A DNA stretch of 64,000 nt from Anaerohalosphaeraceae bacterium (GCA_050309605.1 JBNRMN010000089.1:32001-96000); one strand, 5' to 3'; shown: positions 19,586 through 29,515, counted from the stretch's first letter. The notes: generated by a model from the letters alone, not told the origin. Translations and numbers: made by a program.

Positions 19586-21280
19586 TTAACGTTCATCGAG
19601 CACCAAATGCGGATTGACCAATACCGCCCAGTCGGAGCTGATACTGCCATCGCTTTCTGTAACCGCCAGGGACAAAAACCGGGCGGACAAATCCAGCGGC
19701 ACATCCATCTCGAACCCGCCGTCGCTCATCCGTACCCGCTGATGCGCACGCACTTGCCCGTCCACCAGCACCCAGAATTCTACCACAGGATCGCGGTCGA
19801 AATAGTCGGCAACGGTTTGCGAGATACCGGCGGTGGAACGAAACCGTGTCAGGCCGAGACCGGGCAGCGCCCGCCGAATCTGCTGCAGATCAAACGTAAC
19901 GCCCATGTTGGAATGGATGGTGATCGCCTGAATCGATGAGCAATCCAGCGTCACGTCGTCCAACACCAGCGGATGTCGCGGTGCGTCCGTGCCTTCGTGC
20001 CAGGCCCCGTTGAAAAGATACCCCCAGAAATTCCCGCTGGTAACCTCAAACTGATCGCACACCAGATAGGTTGAGCTGACTTGTGTTGAACGTCCTTGCC
20101 CCCCCGGCATAAAAATCCCGTCAATAAACGCAAACAGCGGTGTAGCGATAAACCGATGCGGCGCGTTCTGAACATACGCTTCCAGTTCGCGGCGTACTTG
20201 CCCGGTCTGCATATCAATGCCGGCATCAGGCGTGCCGGAACCAAACCCGTTTCCGCCGCCAACGACATCGGCCAGATCAAACCGCCGTCCGGCCAGAAGG
20301 GCTTGATTGACCGAAGACAGATCACGTATAAACAGCGATTCTTCCGCCGGTCGCGGGGAGCCATCAAACTGCCCCTGATCCGTAACGGTCCCCGACAGCC
20401 CGCTGACAAGCTGCAGGACTCCGCCATGACGAATCGTATCCGGACCGCTTCGCAACTGAACCTTTCCTTTGAACACATGGGCCTCGGTGCGTCCGGTGCG
20501 TTCGACCAGCACGCCGAATTCCGTACCGTAATCGACAATCGTTGCCGCAGGTGTGCGTACCACAAACCCCAGCGCACTGGGCGGAACCGTCGAGCGGAGC
20601 TTTCCAAAATCCAGGTATAATTGATTGGTCCCTTCGGCCCGAAACCGGGCGGGCGACTGAATCAACACCTCCGCGCCGTCGTCGAGCCGAATCTTGACTA
20701 ACCCTTCACGCAGATACAACAGCGCGTCGGTATTATAAAGCCGCATACCGACATGCCCGGTAAATCCCCGGTCCTGCCAGCGTGGCGCAACTGTCTCAAT
20801 AATCGTCGCTGTCGGCAGTGTGACATGGCGCGGGTTGACAATGACATAACCGATCACCAAAAACAGCGCCGCCCAGCCGACCAGGGTGGTATAGAGCGCT
20901 GCCCGCGAAACACGCCGGGCTGCACGAATCTGACGTTTCTTTTCGCGGACGCCCGTAATCAACTCCGGCCCGGCATCCTCAACCTCAAGGTGAACCGTCT
21001 CGGCCTGACGCTCCTGTTCGGCCAGCACCTGCCAGAACAACGCATCGCAAACCGACAGAGACTCCTCTTCTGCCGTCTCAGGAAGCGACGTAGCCGACAC
21101 GCCCGAACGGTTTTTGAGGCTGGCATGGACCAGCATAAAATCGTAGTAATACTGCCGCAGCTTGGGGGCATTCTCCATCGCCGTTTCAAGCCGGGCAAAC
21201 TCCTCCGATGTGATCGTCCCATCGAGCAATGCCAACAGGGCCTTGCGAAACTGAAGATGTGAATACGGCTGGTTCATCAA
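19586..21280 (-). CDS. FecR-family anti-sigma factor with C-terminal NPCBM/NEW2-like domain
   Basis: One TM; FecR motif GFVVRTPAATIVDYGTEFGV..EAHVFKGKV; C-terminal VEFWVLVDG...SDWAVLVNP; ATGA overlap with the sigma gene. Confidence 0.85.
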   Translation of the reverse strand: MMNQPYSHLQFRKALLALLDGTITSEEFARLETAMENAPKLRQYYYDFMLVHASLKNRSGVSATSLPETAEEESLSVCDALFWQVLAEQERQAETVHLEVEDAGPELITGVREKKRQIRAARRVSRAALYTTLVGWAALFLVIGYVIVNPRHVTLPTATIIETVAPRWQDRGFTGHVGMRLYNTDALLYLREGLVKIRLDDGAEVLIQSPARFRAEGTNQLYLDFGKLRSTVPPSALGFVVRTPAATIVDYGTEFGVLVERTGRTEAHVFKGKVQLRSGPDTIRHGGVLQLVSGLSGTVTDQGQFDGSPRPAEESLFIRDLSSVNQALLAGRRFDLADVVGGGNGFGSGTPDAGIDMQTGQVRRELEAYVQNAPHRFIATPLFAFIDGIFMPGGQGRSTQVSSTYLVCDQFEVTSGNFWGYLFNGAWHEGTDAPRHPLVLDDVTLDCSSIQAITIHSNMGVTFDLQQIRRALPGLGLTRFRSTAGISQTVADYFDRDPVVEFWVLVDGQVRAHQRVRMSDGGFEMDVPLDLSARFLSLAVTESDGSISSDWAVLVNPHLVLDER

Positions 21281-21822
21281 TCCGCCCCTTCCATCGCCAG
21301 CGACTGCCGCATACAGCGGATCAGTACATCATGAACACGTCCCATTGTCCGATAGAGAATATCCACAGACTTGTTGAGCCGCAGAGCCAGCTCTTTGATG
21401 GAATTATTCTGCTCATAACGTGCCCGAACCAATTTTCGGTCTTCCTGGTTCAACCGCTCAATGCACCGCCCAAGTGTCTCCAGCTTCAGTTGTGTTAAAT
21501 CGGAATACTTCTGATAGTCCTCGGCCATCAGCTCGATGAGGCGATCGCTGAACCGGATCGGTTCGCTCGCTTTTTTGCGGCGAAACCCCAGGATAATATG
21601 GTGCGCAATACTGATACCCCAGGATACAAAATCACTGCCCGGGCGAAACTCGCTGTACTTACGCCACATAACGGTGCTGGTTTCCTGCATCAGGTCGTCA
21701 GCATCAAAGGCACGCGGCACCAGCGTCAGGATAAACGCATAAATACGGGGCTGCCCGGCAATCAACAAGCGGACAAACTCCTCGGTCTTCTCACTTTCCG
21801 GAGTAGTATTACCAAAAGTCAT
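21277..21822 (-). CDS. ECF sigma-70 factor (planctomycete/verrucomicrobial type)
   Basis: RIYAFILTLVP..DADDLMQET..W..F.PGSDFVSW; region 4 HTH; GGAG before ATG 21822. Confidence 0.9.
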   Translation of the reverse strand: MTFGNTTPESEKTEEFVRLLIAGQPRIYAFILTLVPRAFDADDLMQETSTVMWRKYSEFRPGSDFVSWGISIAHHIILGFRRKKASEPIRFSDRLIELMAEDYQKYSDLTQLKLETLGRCIERLNQEDRKLVRARYEQNNSIKELALRLNKSVDILYRTMGRVHDVLIRCMRQSLAMEGAD

Positions 21823-21985
21823 TCCAACTCCAACAATCAGGTCAATGTTTCGGCACACTCAGATATTGCGCCACACCTGTTATTTTTGTACGCTTTTTTC
21901 ATTTCGATCAAAAATAAGATCAAAAGACATATCGACGGCATCTTCCAGGTATCCGTTTTGACCGACTGAGGCCCGCTGATCCCCC

Positions 21986-22015
21986 AAAAAACGCCGGTAC
22001 ATCACCTACCGGCGT
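21986..22015 (-). terminator. Intrinsic terminator after the GH76 gene
   Basis: ACGCCGGTA-GGTGATG-TACCGGCGT followed by a T run. Confidence 0.75.
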
Positions 22016-22046
22016 CTGGTGCTGATACTGCCTGTCGGAGCCGGGG

Positions 22047-23144
22047 CTACTGATTGGCCTGGGCCAAAACCCAATAGGCCCGGGCATTGGAGGCCGGATA
22101 CAGCAAATTCCATGCGTTTAATTCACCGCGTGCAGGCCTGTCCCATCGCTTCGGATACCGACCGTTGGAATCTCTGACGTGTTCATACAGATAAGCCGCC
22201 GCCCTTTGCGATACATCCTTCCAGTGCACCCGGCCCGTCGCCTCGGACAAGGCCACCCAGCCTTCAAGCAGCGTCCAAACGAACATTGCCTCACAGCGAA
22301 CCGCACCCGTATCCGAATCAACCCAGTGCTCTTCTGCGGCGGCGGCAATCGTGTTGGCCTTGTCAAGATAACGATCCACGCCGGTCAACCGATACAGTGT
22401 GACATAGGTCTGAAGCGGCATTCCAGTGTTGTATGTCCACTTTGTCCGGTTAATGCGGCCGCGCGGCGTGACGCTGTCCATATACAGCCCATCCGAATCC
22501 TGAAGATGCTCATCCAGCCACGCCATCAGCGCCTTGGCGGTCTCCAGGTAGGCACGCCGTCCGGTGGTCTCATAAAACCGCAGACACGCAAACGCCGTCG
22601 GCGCCACCGAACAGGTATTCATCGACTGCTTGGGATCCTCGCGCCACCAAATGCCCCCTTCCTTCTGGTTGATACCGCTGAGCGAAAACTCAAGGGTCTT
22701 TTGGGCCCGTTCGAGGTAGTCCTCTTTGCCAACCGCTTCATAGGCGTCAATCAGCCCCATCGCCACCCAGGCGTTGTCATCGTAATACCGCTCAATATTG
22801 CTGCGCGGATGCGGCAGATGGTCATAGCCGCCGATGCCGCTGTGCTCGACCCAGTAGCGATCCAGATGTTTGATCAAATGATCCAGCGGCTCGGCATAGG
22901 TCGCAGCGTCAATCTGAGCCGCTTTGGCATAGGCCAGCAGCAGCATCGAATTGCCCCACGTAAAGGCAATCGCCCGTTTGTTCTGATCTTCATAATACGC
23001 GCCGGGCCGACCGGCAATCGCATGATCGCGCCGAACCACCGCGAGGGCTTCACGCCCCATTGTTTCAAAGTTAGCCGCCTGCGAAGCAAGAACCGCCTGC
23101 GGCAGACACAACATACACACCGTCATCATGGCCGAAATCGTCAT
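22047..23144 (-). CDS. Secreted glycoside hydrolase family 76 (alpha-1,6-mannanase-like)
   Basis: Signal peptide; YYDDNAW catalytic Asp-Asp, GGIWW, KWTYNTG. Confidence 0.85.
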   Translation of the reverse strand: MTISAMMTVCMLCLPQAVLASQAANFETMGREALAVVRRDHAIAGRPGAYYEDQNKRAIAFTWGNSMLLLAYAKAAQIDAATYAEPLDHLIKHLDRYWVEHSGIGGYDHLPHPRSNIERYYDDNAWVAMGLIDAYEAVGKEDYLERAQKTLEFSLSGINQKEGGIWWREDPKQSMNTCSVAPTAFACLRFYETTGRRAYLETAKALMAWLDEHLQDSDGLYMDSVTPRGRINRTKWTYNTGMPLQTYVTLYRLTGVDRYLDKANTIAAAAEEHWVDSDTGAVRCEAMFVWTLLEGWVALSEATGRVHWKDVSQRAAAYLYEHVRDSNGRYPKRWDRPARGELNAWNLLYPASNARAYWVLAQANQ

Positions 23145-23173
23145 CTTAACCTGTCCTTTCCCTAAAACGCCTG

Positions 23174-25720
23174 TTATCCGTTGTTCAAGTCCAGTTTTTC
23201 CGAAAGAAACGAAACCAGCTCCGCCTGCCCGGCGGCGGACTGAATCCGCTTTCGAAAAGACGCGTGCATCATATTTCGCGACAGACAGGAAAAAATCCGC
23301 ATATGCGCATCGCCGCCCCGATCCGTATCCCGAATCGCCATCGCAATGACAACCGATACCGGCTTGCCGTCAAGCGCCCCCCATTCAACGGGGCGGCGGA
23401 GGCGAAAGACGCAGATCGAATTCAATAAAATATGTTTCGTCTTACAATGCGGAACCGCAAAGCCGTGTCCCAGTCCCGTTGAATAAATCGCTTCGCGCTG
23501 CCAGAAATCCCGCTCCAGCGCCACAGGGTCGGCGGTGCGCCGATCAAGAAACAGCGTATCGCAGGTGTATTTAATGGCCTCTTCCTTGCTGATGCAGTCG
23601 GCGTCAATATCAATCAGATTGACATCCACCACGCTGCGACCGGCGGCCTGCGCCACGTGTTCGGCCTGAATCGCATCAACCTGTTCGACCGTACGGCACA
23701 TCACGGCCTGAGCGAGCATCTGACGACACGCCTGACTGTCATAGTCTGAACACATCGCCTTAATCTCCGAGACAAAGGGGATTGACACACTCACGCTGTC
23801 CAGTCCTGCACCAAGCAGCAGCGCCAGATTGTCCATCCGACCGGCCATTTCCCCGCAAAGACCGACATGCAGTTTAGACTGGTGGGCCTCATCGACGATC
23901 TTGCGAATCAGCGACAGAAAACCGGGATGGCGACACTGATACAGCGAAGCGACCCGCTCATTGGTCCGATCCACCGCCAGAAAATACTGCGCCAGGTCGT
24001 TGGTTCCGATACTGAGAAAATCCACCGCCTCGGCCAGGTGCGGAATCATGAACGCCGCCAGAGGAACCTCCACCATCATCCCCAACGGAAGGGTCGAGTC
24101 AAATGTCTCCGACCGCAGCGCCAGATCCGCTTTGACCTGCTCCAAAACCCCGCGCACATAAATCATCTGCTCGGCGCAGGAGACCATCGGAATCATCAGT
24201 TTCAATCTGCCGAACGCCGAGGCTCTCAAGATGGCGCGAAGCTGCGCGCGAAACAAGTCCTCAAACTCCCGATACAAACGAACCCCTCGATATCCGAGAA
24301 ACGGATTGGCTTCCGTATTCAGATTCAAATAGCTGACCGTCTTGTCGCCGCCGATGTCAAAGGTGCGGATAATCACCGGCCGCCCATCGGCCAGTTCGGC
24401 GGCTCGTTTATAAACGGCGAACTGTTCATCTTCCGACGGCGGTTTTTTTCGGGACAGATACAGCATTTCCGTGCGGAACAGTCCGATGCCATCGGCGCCG
24501 TGTCGGATCGCGGCCTCCACCTCATCGGCGGTGGCGATATTGGCCATGACACCCAAACGCCGGCCGTCCCGGCTCACCGCCGGCCGATCACAAAAAACGG
24601 CCTCCTGCTTTTGTTTGATCCGATGTTTACGCTGCTCAAAGGCATAAAATCGCTCCACACGCTCATTGATCTCAGGAATCAGAATCCCGTATTCGGCATC
24701 CAAAATGGCCTCGGCGTCGCTGCGGCCCAACCCGTCCGTCTGCGCCAAGTCGGTCAAAACCGGTATCCCGAAAGAGCGGGCCAGAATGACCGTATGTGAC
24801 GTGGCGCCGGTGCAGCGCAGGACAAGACCCGACAGCTTATGTCGGTCCAAATTCAGAAACTGCGACGGCGTCAAATCATCAGCAACAACAATTGACGGCT
24901 CCGTCAGTTCAACCGAAACCTGCTCCGTTGCGCCGTACAGCTCCGCAATCAATTGCATGCAAACATCCCTCAAATCCGCGATGCGTTCACGGATCAACTC
25001 ACTGCGGGCGGCTTTCAGCAGCGAAGAAAAAAACACAAACGCCTCAACAATCGCACGGCCGGCACAAAGATGCTTTTCGCTGATAGTGTTGCGAATATAC
25101 GCAACCAGTTCAACATCTTGAGCAATGGAAAGATGCGCCTCCAGTACGCCGATTTCGGTCGGCGACAGATTCTTTTTCTCAAGCCGCCGCGAAATCAGCC
25201 GACGCAGTTCGGACACGGCCTGATCGACCTTTTGCAGCTCTTGTTCAACACAGACCGGCGCCTCTGCGTCCAGACTTTCCGGCAGACGCAGGGCCTGGAC
25301 AAAGACAATCTTGCCTCTGCCGAAACCGGACACGACCGGCAGACCGAACAGAACCGCAACACCGGCGTTTCGCAGGACCGGCGGCAGCCAGCTCTTTTTC
25401 GAAGCGGACGGCGGCGCCGGCAGCGCCTCATCGCATGACGCAAACTCGGTCTCAAGAAAATGCACAATCGTGCGGTACGCTTCATTACAGTCCTTGCCGC
25501 CGACCTCCAGAACGCACGGGTCGCCCGACTTGATATCGGCGCCGACCAGTGAAAGCACGCTCTTGGCGTTGGCCACCCGCTGATTGTTCAGATTGACAAT
25601 CGAAACCCGGCTGGAGAACCCCGAGGCCAGCCGTTCGAGCGTATTGGCCGGACGGGCATGCAGCCCGTTAGGCAAAGGACAGGTAAAGGCATATTCACAT
25701 CGGTCAATCGCTTCGGGCAT
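23174..25720 (-). CDS. Multiphosphoryl transfer protein HPr-EI-EIIA(Fru) (FryA/PtsA-like)
   Basis: LPNGLHARPA (HPr), GATSHTVILARS and LSIGTNDLAQY (EI), STGLGHGFAVPHCK (IIA). Confidence 0.92.
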   Translation of the reverse strand: MPEAIDRCEYAFTCPLPNGLHARPANTLERLASGFSSRVSIVNLNNQRVANAKSVLSLVGADIKSGDPCVLEVGGKDCNEAYRTIVHFLETEFASCDEALPAPPSASKKSWLPPVLRNAGVAVLFGLPVVSGFGRGKIVFVQALRLPESLDAEAPVCVEQELQKVDQAVSELRRLISRRLEKKNLSPTEIGVLEAHLSIAQDVELVAYIRNTISEKHLCAGRAIVEAFVFFSSLLKAARSELIRERIADLRDVCMQLIAELYGATEQVSVELTEPSIVVADDLTPSQFLNLDRHKLSGLVLRCTGATSHTVILARSFGIPVLTDLAQTDGLGRSDAEAILDAEYGILIPEINERVERFYAFEQRKHRIKQKQEAVFCDRPAVSRDGRRLGVMANIATADEVEAAIRHGADGIGLFRTEMLYLSRKKPPSEDEQFAVYKRAAELADGRPVIIRTFDIGGDKTVSYLNLNTEANPFLGYRGVRLYREFEDLFRAQLRAILRASAFGRLKLMIPMVSCAEQMIYVRGVLEQVKADLALRSETFDSTLPLGMMVEVPLAAFMIPHLAEAVDFLSIGTNDLAQYFLAVDRTNERVASLYQCRHPGFLSLIRKIVDEAHQSKLHVGLCGEMAGRMDNLALLLGAGLDSVSVSIPFVSEIKAMCSDYDSQACRQMLAQAVMCRTVEQVDAIQAEHVAQAAGRSVVDVNLIDIDADCISKEEAIKYTCDTLFLDRRTADPVALERDFWQREAIYSTGLGHGFAVPHCKTKHILLNSICVFRLRRPVEWGALDGKPVSVVIAMAIRDTDRGGDAHMRIFSCLSRNMMHASFRKRIQSAAGQAELVSFLSEKLDLNNG

Positions 25721-25730
25721 ACATCATTCC

Positions 25731-26042
25731 TTACCGGCTGCGCAACTGAGGCGTCCGGCTGAAAATGCTTTCGGGATCTTTCAGCGCCAACTGCACCGGC
25801 GCCTCAATCGTCGGCAAACCGTCAAAGCGTTCACTTTTTTCGATCATAATGTCCGCCGCAAGAATCAACACATCTGCGGATTTAATATCCTCGGCGCTCA
25901 GCTCGTTTTCAATGCCCATCGCACCCTGGGTCTCGACTTTGATCTCGTGGCCCAGTTCTTTGGCGGTCTTTTCCAGATTTTCCGCCGCCATATACGTATG
26001 GGCAATACCGGTCGGACAGGCGGTAACGGCAATGTACTTCAT
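25731..26042 (-). CDS. PTS fructose-family EIIB
   Basis: AVTACPTGIAHTYMAAE, KVETQGAMG. Confidence 0.93.
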   Translation of the reverse strand: MKYIAVTACPTGIAHTYMAAENLEKTAKELGHEIKVETQGAMGIENELSAEDIKSADVLILAADIMIEKSERFDGLPTIEAPVQLALKDPESIFSRTPQLRSR

Positions 26043-27094
26043 ACATTCGACTCCCTTGCGTTAGCGGTAAACGTTTTCAGCGCATTGATCGCCAGGGCCG
26101 TAACCGCCGTCCCGGCGATAATCGCAACCACATACATGAAACGATGATCGACCACCGGCAGCACAATCGGCCCGCCGTGCGGCGCATGACCGCCGACGCC
26201 GCCGAGCATCGCAATAACCGAGGCCGTCATCGAACCTGCCATAATACACGGAATAACCTTTATCGGCTCCGCGGCCGCAAACGGAATAGCGCCTTCCGTA
26301 ATGCCGATCATCCCCATTCCAAAGGCCGCGATGCCGCTTTCCCGCTGTTCTTCGGTCCACAGTCGGCGTGAAAGAAACGTCGCCAGCCCCATCCCCAGCG
26401 GCGGCGTACAGATCGCTGCCGCGACCGCGCCCATCACCAGATAATTGCCTTGCTCGATCATCGACGCGCCGAAAAAGAACGCCGTCTTGTTGACCGGCCC
26501 GCCCATATCAAAGGCAATCATCGCCCCCAGAACCATCGCCAAAGCAACGGAACCGGACGCCTGCATACTCCGCAGCCATGTATCCAGACTGACCATGATA
26601 TTGGCGATCGGCAGGCTGACAAAAAACATCAGCGTCCCGATGGCCAGCGCCGATAAAATCGGAATAATCAGAATCGGCATAATCGGACGCAGCAGTTTAT
26701 GCACCGGCATCCGTTTAATCCAACGGACGATATAACCGGCCGCCAAACCGGCCAGAAGCGCGCCCAAAAAACCGGCGTTGGCCGAACGGCCTGCAACCTC
26801 GTGAGGCAGCGAGGCAAAATAGCCGCCCACAAAGCCGGCCACCAGACCGGGCTTGCCGGCGATGGCGTAGGAGATATACCCCGCCAGAACCGGCAGCAGC
26901 AGCGTAAAAGCCGCCTCGCCAATCGACAGAATGTGAGCCAGAACGGGGCTGTTGGAAAAATCCGGCCCCGTCTCGCCCATCGGCGCAAAGGCAATCGCCA
27001 CGGCGATCAGAATCCCCCCGCTGGCGATAAACGGGATGGCAAATGAGACTCCGCTTAATAAATACTGCTTTAGCTCTTGAATAACTTGTTTCAT
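26039..27094 (-). CDS. PTS fructose-family EIIC permease
   Basis: LLSGVSFAIPFIASGG, AFDMGGPVNK, ICTPPLG, GITEGAIPFAA, APHGG. Confidence 0.93.
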   Translation of the reverse strand: MKQVIQELKQYLLSGVSFAIPFIASGGILIAVAIAFAPMGETGPDFSNSPVLAHILSIGEAAFTLLLPVLAGYISYAIAGKPGLVAGFVGGYFASLPHEVAGRSANAGFLGALLAGLAAGYIVRWIKRMPVHKLLRPIMPILIIPILSALAIGTLMFFVSLPIANIMVSLDTWLRSMQASGSVALAMVLGAMIAFDMGGPVNKTAFFFGASMIEQGNYLVMGAVAAAICTPPLGMGLATFLSRRLWTEEQRESGIAAFGMGMIGITEGAIPFAAAEPIKVIPCIMAGSMTASVIAMLGGVGGHAPHGGPIVLPVVDHRFMYVVAIIAGTAVTALAINALKTFTANARESNV

Positions 27095-27306
27095 ACCGCA
27101 CCCACAATAGCCGTTTTATGCCTCTCATCGAGACGACCCAACGCTTGATCAACGCTTGATAGAGGCTTATTATACAAAAAACAAGCCCTCGAAAACCATA
27201 GAAAAAATACACCATTTATAGTCTTATTGTAGCGCAATTACCCTCTGGTTACGCGCAGCAACTCACCTCTTAGATGCCTAATTCCCTGATCTGTAACGTA
27301 TTAGGA

Positions 27307-27335
27307 TTGACACACATCGGTGCACCGAGTACAAT
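27307..27335 (+). promoter_or_regulatory. Sigma70 promoter of the AraC gene with a palindrome in the spacer
   Basis: TTGACA-17 bp-TACAAT; spacer contains the perfect palindrome TCGGTGCACCGA (27317-27328). Confidence 0.7.
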
Positions 27336-27375
27336 CATAATGGCTTATATGACTGTCGTAACAAACGGCCGACAG

Positions 27376-28200
27376 ATGGAAACACAATTAAAGATATTAA
27401 ATATCCTCAGAAAAGTAAGATGCCGACACGTGTTGTTTGCCGGCAATAAGACTGCCCCGCCGATGATGGCCTTTGCCGTTCATTTTCCGCGTCTGACCAT
27501 TCCCCTTACCGGAATTTATCATACCCAACTCGAGCAAAATCGCACAATCGTTGACCTTGCCCTCAGACCCGGCCAAGCCATCTTCATTCCGCCGAACTGC
27601 TGGGATAAGCCCGATATGAAGCACCGCTGCGAAACGCTGCATTTTCTGTTCGGTAAGCGCCACACGGGCATCAGCCTGGTCACAAGCGGTGCCGACGTCA
27701 AGGCCCTCAAAGTCGCGCTTTCCCACGCCATGGCCGGCCCGGAACAGCGTATCATTGACGCCATTCTGGAGCTGCAGCAACTGAATACCCATTTCGCCGC
27801 GTTTGATCACTTGGTCATGGCACTGCTGAGCTGTTATGAAAACCGGCTCACAAATTACGACGCGCCCATCCCGAAACATGCCAATATGCTGTTTCAGGAA
27901 ATCTGCGTTTATATCCAGGAAAATTTTCAGCAGGAAATCTCACGTGAATCCGTCGCCCGACAGTTCGATATCTCACCCAACCATCTCTCGCGCTTGTTCA
28001 AAACGAACGGCTATATGAAATTCTGTGATTATGTCAATTACGTCCGCATCAATCGCGCCAAATTTCTGCTGCGAAATTATGATTTGCCCCTTTATCACAT
28101 TGCCGCACGCTGCGGCTACAATGATGTGGTCTATTTTTGCCGAATTTTCAAAAAAATCACCAAAAAAACCACGAAACAATACCGATATCAGCTTCTCTGA
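27376..28200 (+). CDS. AraC-family regulator (YpdC/YijO-like), divergent from the PTS operon; start uncertain (27340/27349/27376)
   Basis: FPRL.I N-terminal motif, LFGK, ISPNHLSRLF, YFCRIFKK. Confidence 0.85.
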   Translation: METQLKILNILRKVRCRHVLFAGNKTAPPMMAFAVHFPRLTIPLTGIYHTQLEQNRTIVDLALRPGQAIFIPPNCWDKPDMKHRCETLHFLFGKRHTGISLVTSGADVKALKVALSHAMAGPEQRIIDAILELQQLNTHFAAFDHLVMALLSCYENRLTNYDAPIPKHANMLFQEICVYIQENFQQEISRESVARQFDISPNHLSRLFKTNGYMKFCDYVNYVRINRAKFLLRNYDLPLYHIAARCGYNDVVYFCRIFKKITKKTTKQYRYQLL

Positions 28201-28385
28201 GCTGAAAGCACGGCACAAATCATTCGCTGAATCCCGCAGTCAACGTCATCTTTATGGAAAAGAAAAAGGTCTTTTTTGTGCACTTTTAGGTGTTACTGCT
28301 CTCCATGTTGCTGCGCTGGGCAACCATGGAGTACACTTGATAAGCCGAAATCAGCCTATTTTCGCATAATTTTGTAAAAAATGTA

Positions 28386-28413
28386 TTGACACCTTTTGAA
28401 AATGACCTATACT
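28386..28413 (+). promoter_or_regulatory. rplM-rpsI promoter
   Basis: TTGACA-16 bp-TATACT. Confidence 0.7.
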
Positions 28414-28454
28414 TTGCCCTTTTATAAAGGGAACTTTGGGAGTCGTACATCAAT

Positions 28455-28883
28455 ATGAAAAGCTATTTAGCCAAGAACAATGAAGTTGAACGCAAGTGGC
28501 GCGTCGTGGATGCCGATGGTCAGGTCCTCGGACGGCTGGCGGTCAAGGTCGCGATGGCCCTGATGGGCAAAGACAAGCCCGTCTATACGCCCCACGTGGA
28601 TACCGGTGATTTTGTCGTCATCGTCAACGCCGACAAGATCGTGCTGACGGGCAATAAAGCCGAACAGAAATTCCATCAGACCTACAGCCGTTATCCCGGC
28701 GGCCAGAAAATCTATTCCTACGCTCGAATGATGGAACGCCATCCCGATCGTCTGGTCAAGCTGGCTGTTAAGCGGATGCTGCCGAAAAACACGCTCGGCC
28801 ACAATATGTTCCGCAAACTGAAGGTCTATGCCGGCCCGGAACATCCGCATACCGCCCAGCAGCCCATCAAAATGGAACTGTAA
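28455..28883 (+). CDS. rplM: 50S ribosomal protein L13
   Basis: WRVVDADGQVLGRLA, YTPHVDTGDFVVIVNADK, GPEHPHTAQQP. Confidence 0.98.
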   Translation: MKSYLAKNNEVERKWRVVDADGQVLGRLAVKVAMALMGKDKPVYTPHVDTGDFVVIVNADKIVLTGNKAEQKFHQTYSRYPGGQKIYSYARMMERHPDRLVKLAVKRMLPKNTLGHNMFRKLKVYAGPEHPHTAQQPIKMEL

Positions 28884-28925
28884 CGCAACAGAAACCCAAA
28901 GATACGTGCAGGAAACAAGACAAGT

Positions 28926-29411
28926 ATGACAGAACTGAATAACGAAAACCCTTTGATCGATCCGAATATTCTGAACAAAACCCCGGTCGCAGTGCCTGAC
29001 GCTCCGAAGGGAATTCCGGACAAAGGCGGTTTTATTTGGGGTACGGGCCGACGTAAAAGCAGTATCGCACGTGTCCGGATTCGTCCTGGTTCGGGTGCTT
29101 TGACCATCAACGGAAAAACCGTTGACGAGTATTTCAAGCTGCAAAAGGACCGCAACGCCGTTCGCGCGCCGTTGACCGCTGTGGGCGGCGGCGATCATCT
29201 GGATGTCTTCGTTCGGGTCGAAGGCGGCGGCACAACCGGTCAGGCCGGTGCTGTGATGCTGGGCATTGCACGTGCTTTGAAAAGCTATGATCCGACGCTC
29301 TTGCCGGCCCTGCGCGAGGGCGGCTATCTGACACGCGACAGCCGGATGGTTGAACGCAAAAAACCCGGCAAGCCCGGCGCTCGCCGAAGTTTCCAGTTCT
29401 CCAAACGTTAA
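28926..29411 (+). CDS. rpsI: 30S ribosomal protein S9 with N-terminal extension
   Basis: GTGRRKSSIARV, GGGTTGQAGA, ERKKPG...QFSKR. Confidence 0.98.
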   Translation: MTELNNENPLIDPNILNKTPVAVPDAPKGIPDKGGFIWGTGRRKSSIARVRIRPGSGALTINGKTVDEYFKLQKDRNAVRAPLTAVGGGDHLDVFVRVEGGGTTGQAGAVMLGIARALKSYDPTLLPALREGGYLTRDSRMVERKKPGKPGARRSFQFSKR

Positions 29412-29435
29412 ATACAATGGTCAGCAGAATCTTAC

Positions 29436-29460
29436 AGGGCGGCGAAAAACCGCCCTTTTT
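29436..29460 (+). terminator. rpsI terminator
   Basis: AGGGCGG-CGAAAAA-CCGCCCT followed by TTTT. Confidence 0.85.
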
Positions 29461-29515
29461 GTTGCGCACCGCCCCGTTATCCGGGCACACCTGAAAGCAC
29501 GAACCGATCCGGACA

